From: an uncultured Eubacteriales bacterium
Lineage (GTDB): Bacteria > Bacillota > Clostridia > Lachnospirales > Lachnospiraceae
NCBI GenBank assembly: GCA_900314525.1
Contig: OMVN01000008.1
Location: 2,721 to 66,720, forward strand
Reading direction: 5' to 3'
Length of the DNA stretch: 64,000 bases
Made by a program: the position numbers and the translations under genes. Of this stretch, positions 61,096 to 64,000 are shown piece by piece. The notes below the pieces were generated by a model. That model was not told the DNA's origin. It searched no databases and saw only the letters and a program-made list of their open reading frames with translations. Position 1 is the stretch's first letter. Every line of letters begins with the position of its first letter.

Positions 61096-62001
61096 ATGCA
61101 AGATGTAAATGGCATTATTAATGTATATAAGGAAAAAGGCTATACATCATTTGACGTTGTTGCAAAACTCAGAGGAATTTTAAAAATTAAAAAGATTGGA
61201 CATACAGGCACACTTGATCCGGATGCGGAGGGTGTGCTTCCTGTATGTATAGGGAATGCAACAAAATTATGTGATTTCCTTATGGAAAAACAAAAAGAAT
61301 ATGAGGCTGAACTAATCCTTGGGAAATCAACAGATACACAGGATATGTCCGGTGAGGTTTTGAATGAATCGGATAATTATAAAAATCTTACAGAAGATGT
61401 TGTTAGAGATACAATCAGGAGTTTTGTGGGTGAAATTTATCAGACACCTCCAATGTATTCTGCACTGAAAGTAAATGGACAGAAATTATGTGATCTTGCG
61501 AGAAAAGGTATAACTGTAGAGAGAAAAAAGAGAAAAATTACGATTTTTGATATAGAAATTTTGAAGATAGACCTCCCTAAAGTCAATATTAGAGTAAAAT
61601 GTAGCAAGGGCACATATATTAGGACACTTTGCAATGATATTGGGGAAAAACTTGGAACATATGGATGTATGGGATATCTTTTGAGAACAGGTTCAGGACA
61701 ATTTCTTCTTGAGGATAGTGTTAAATTAATGGAAATTGAAAAAATGAGAGATGAGAACAGTCTTGATAAAATAATTATAAAAACAGAGAATGTTCTGGAT
61801 TATAAAAAAATAACAGTAAAGATGGAATTTGATAAAATGCTGTTAAACGGAAATGTGCTGACATATAATATGGCAGTTTGCGAGCAGGAGGTAAATAAAT
61901 CTGAACTTGTAAAAGTATATACAAGTCAAGGCAAATTCGCGGCTATATATAAGAAAACGGAAAATGATTTATTTAAACCTGAAAAGATGTTTTTGGTATA
62001 A
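61096..62001 (+). CDS. truB: tRNA pseudouridine(55) synthase
   Basis: KIGHTGTLDP, QTPPMYSA and CSKGTYIR. Confidence 0.96.
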   Translation: MQDVNGIINVYKEKGYTSFDVVAKLRGILKIKKIGHTGTLDPDAEGVLPVCIGNATKLCDFLMEKQKEYEAELILGKSTDTQDMSGEVLNESDNYKNLTEDVVRDTIRSFVGEIYQTPPMYSALKVNGQKLCDLARKGITVERKKRKITIFDIEILKIDLPKVNIRVKCSKGTYIRTLCNDIGEKLGTYGCMGYLLRTGSGQFLLEDSVKLMEIEKMRDENSLDKIIIKTENVLDYKKITVKMEFDKMLLNGNVLTYNMAVCEQEVNKSELVKVYTSQGKFAAIYKKTENDLFKPEKMFLV

Positions 62002-62017
62002 TTCTTGATAATACAGA

Positions 62018-62944
62018 ATGATAACAAGACACATAAGAGGATTGGTAAAAATGACAGTTTATGACGAAAAAACAGATTTTAAATTTAATAAAAGCGCAGT
62101 TACCCTGGGAAAATTTGACGGACTGCATCTTGGACATCAGGAACTTATATGTGAAGTGGTAAATGAGAGCAGAGAGAATGGATATGAAAGTGTATTATTT
62201 TCATTTGATACATCAAGAATTAGCAGTCAGCCATCTATAACGACAAGAGATGAGAGGTGCTATTTGGCGGGAAAATATGGGATTGACAATGTGATTTTCT
62301 ATCCTGTGAACAGGGATACGATGTCAATGGAACCTGAAACTTTTATCAGGGAAATTTTATATAAAAAACTTGGGGCAAAATTAATAGTTACTGGAATAGA
62401 TTTCAGATTTGGAAAAGACAGAAAAGGTGATATTGAAACACTAAAGAAATATTCAGAAGAGTATGGTTATGAAGTTCGTGTGAAAGACAATGTTATGGTT
62501 GATGGGGAAAAAGTCAGCAGCACAGCAATTAAAAAATATATTCTTGACGGAAATGTCAGCCAGGCAGGTAAAATGCTAGGTTTGGATTTCTTCTATATGG
62601 GTGAAATAGTAAAAGGAAACCAGATAGGAAGAACGATTGATTCAAGAACAGCTAATTTGATTCCAGCTGAAGAAAAAATAATTCCAAAATACGGGGTATA
62701 TAAATCAGAAACTGTAATTGATGGGGTGGGGTACAAATCGATTACAAACATAGGATTGAGTCCTACAATAAGGAGTGAAAGCTATGTTACAGTGGAAACT
62801 CATATTCTGAATTTTGACCATAATGTATATGGAAAGGGCATTGTAGTGAAACTGAAAAATTTCATAAGAGAAGAGAGAAAATTCGCCAATATTGATGAGC
62901 TAAAACGCCAGATATTGCTTGACATATCACAGGCAAATTTATAA
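62018..62944 (+). CDS. ribF: Bifunctional FAD synthetase / riboflavin kinase
   Basis: GKFDGLHLGHQ, DFRFG, VSST; kinase GRT...TAN, TNIG and VETH. The true start may be ATG 62051. Confidence 0.9.
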   Translation: MITRHIRGLVKMTVYDEKTDFKFNKSAVTLGKFDGLHLGHQELICEVVNESRENGYESVLFSFDTSRISSQPSITTRDERCYLAGKYGIDNVIFYPVNRDTMSMEPETFIREILYKKLGAKLIVTGIDFRFGKDRKGDIETLKKYSEEYGYEVRVKDNVMVDGEKVSSTAIKKYILDGNVSQAGKMLGLDFFYMGEIVKGNQIGRTIDSRTANLIPAEEKIIPKYGVYKSETVIDGVGYKSITNIGLSPTIRSESYVTVETHILNFDHNVYGKGIVVKLKNFIREERKFANIDELKRQILLDISQANL

Positions 62945-63052
62945 AATATAAGTAAGGTTTTTTACGATAAAGATGGAAGAAAATACTAGAAAAGAAAGGA
63001 AGACTGCTTGATTATTCTTTCACTTAAAAAAGCAGTACGAGAAGGTAATTTT

Positions 63053-64000
63053 ATGAAAATTAATGTGGCACTTTTAGAGCAGGATTTAAACTACCAGAAC
63101 AGACTGGTGGTTGCATTTCGCGAAAAATTTTCAGAACACATTGAGATTTTTCAGTGTAATGCACACAATGTAACGGGGATTATTGAAGAACATGACATCA
63201 AAGTCTTAGCTATGTCTCAGGGATACGATGTTGATTTATCAGCTGTTCCAGAACAGTGTGGAATTGTTGTCTTAACAGATAATAAGACAGATGAATTTGT
63301 TGGCGATTATATGGCATTGTGCAAATATCAGAAGGTATCGGATATTGGTAAACAGTTATATTACATTGGCACAAATTATGATAAGATTCTTGCTGAGAGA
63401 AAAGAAAAGCAAAGAATAGAAGAAGAGGAACGCAAAGAGAGAGAGAGAATCGCTGAAGAAGAGAGACTTCGAAAGGAAGAGGAAGAGCGTAAAGAGAGAG
63501 AACGTCTTGAAAAGGAACGCTTAGAGAGAGAAAAGAAGGAAGAAGAAGAGCGTATAGCTGCTGAGAAAGCTAGACAGGAAGAAGAGAGAAAGAGACTTCT
63601 CGAAGAACAGAAGGCAAGAGAAGAGAGAATCAGAGCCAGAAGAAGCAATCCTGATTTATACTTATTCATACCTGCAACAGATGGTGAGGGAAGTTCGGTT
63701 GTCAGCGTTGCTGCAGCAATGGTAACTCCTAAGGATAACATAAATGTCCTCTATATTGATTTTAAGCAGATTGGTAAAATGGACAGATATTTCCAGACAA
63801 ATTCTGTTGGAATTGGATTTGATGAAATATTAAAACAGGCAATAGAAGAAAAACTTACACCTGAGGAACTCAGCAATGTTATTTCTACAGATAACCATAT
63901 TGGGGTAGACTTTATTTATAACAGCGAGTGTATGTTTGAAGTTGGATTTCTAGGAGCAAAGGGATTTGAGAATTTAATGGATGCCATTGGCAAACTTGAG
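63053..64000 (+). CDS. CpaE/TadZ-like protein (receiver-like domain, charged helical linker, degenerate ParA/MinD domain); truncated by window end
   Basis: Open frame from ATG 63053 (RBS GAAGG) to the window end, absent from the track. MKINVALLEQD...CKYQKVSDI, an E/R/K-rich linker, then FIPATDGEGSSVVSVA and VLYIDF. Confidence 0.6.
   Translation, partial: MKINVALLEQDLNYQNRLVVAFREKFSEHIEIFQCNAHNVTGIIEEHDIKVLAMSQGYDVDLSAVPEQCGIVVLTDNKTDEFVGDYMALCKYQKVSDIGKQLYYIGTNYDKILAERKEKQRIEEEERKERERIAEEERLRKEEEERKERERLEKERLEREKKEEEERIAAEKARQEEERKRLLEEQKAREERIRARRSNPDLYLFIPATDGEGSSVVSVAAAMVTPKDNINVLYIDFKQIGKMDRYFQTNSVGIGFDEILKQAIEEKLTPEELSNVISTDNHIGVDFIYNSECMFEVGFLGAKGFENLMDAIGKLE
63395..63643 (+). repeat. 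GAA/AGA-rich coding repeat encoding an E4K/R4-type charged helix
   Basis: ERKEKQRIEEEERKERERIAEEERLRKEEEERKERERLEKERLEREKKEEEERIAAEKARQEEERKRLLEEQKAREERIRARR. Confidence 0.8.

Noticed and set aside
653-61634. Numerous 60-140 aa ORFs antisense to or nested in housekeeping genes
   Set aside because: No RBS or recognisable motifs, and they fully overlap well-supported genes; expected by chance opposite AT-rich coding DNA.
63003-63036. c-di-GMP-II riboswitch upstream of the CpaE-like gene
   Set aside because: An ACTGCTT/AAGCAGT stem and CACTTAAAA are present, but the GGGCAC and AGTAGTGCAACC pseudoknot elements are missing.
63376-63741. Ser/Leu-rich minus-strand ORF in the track
   Set aside because: Antisense shadow of the GAA/AGA repeat in the plus-strand gene starting at 63053.

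Overview
Low-GC Firmicute chromosome segment; gene content and order suggest a spore-forming Lachnospiraceae-like Clostridium (inference). Most of the window is housekeeping: asnA, hflX, thyA-folA, spore cortex hydrolases, carAB, a ParE/ParC-type topoisomerase pair, folate genes, ppx-ppk, the rel...hisS-aspS block, tgt-yajC, an FMN-riboswitch-controlled rib operon, tRNA-Glu(CTC) and the rimP-nusA-infB-rbfA-truB-ribF operon. Two accessory regions stand out. (1) About 18.2-22.7 kb holds a decayed RTX gene with an FrpC-like Asp-Pro self-processing module, a small hypothetical gene, a ~190-nt multi-hairpin non-coding element, and an orphan group-II-like reverse transcriptase with atypical GAMAG/YSDD motifs. 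It has no intron RNA, retron VTG motif, DGR partner or CRISPR-Cas nearby. This RT plus putative ncRNA is the best candidate for an uncharacterised system. (2) About 42.3-47.1 kb holds an agr-type quorum-sensing locus with two LytTR regulators and a 50-aa Cys-free AgrD that the ORF track missed. All calls come from reading motifs by eye; no database searches or folding programs were run.
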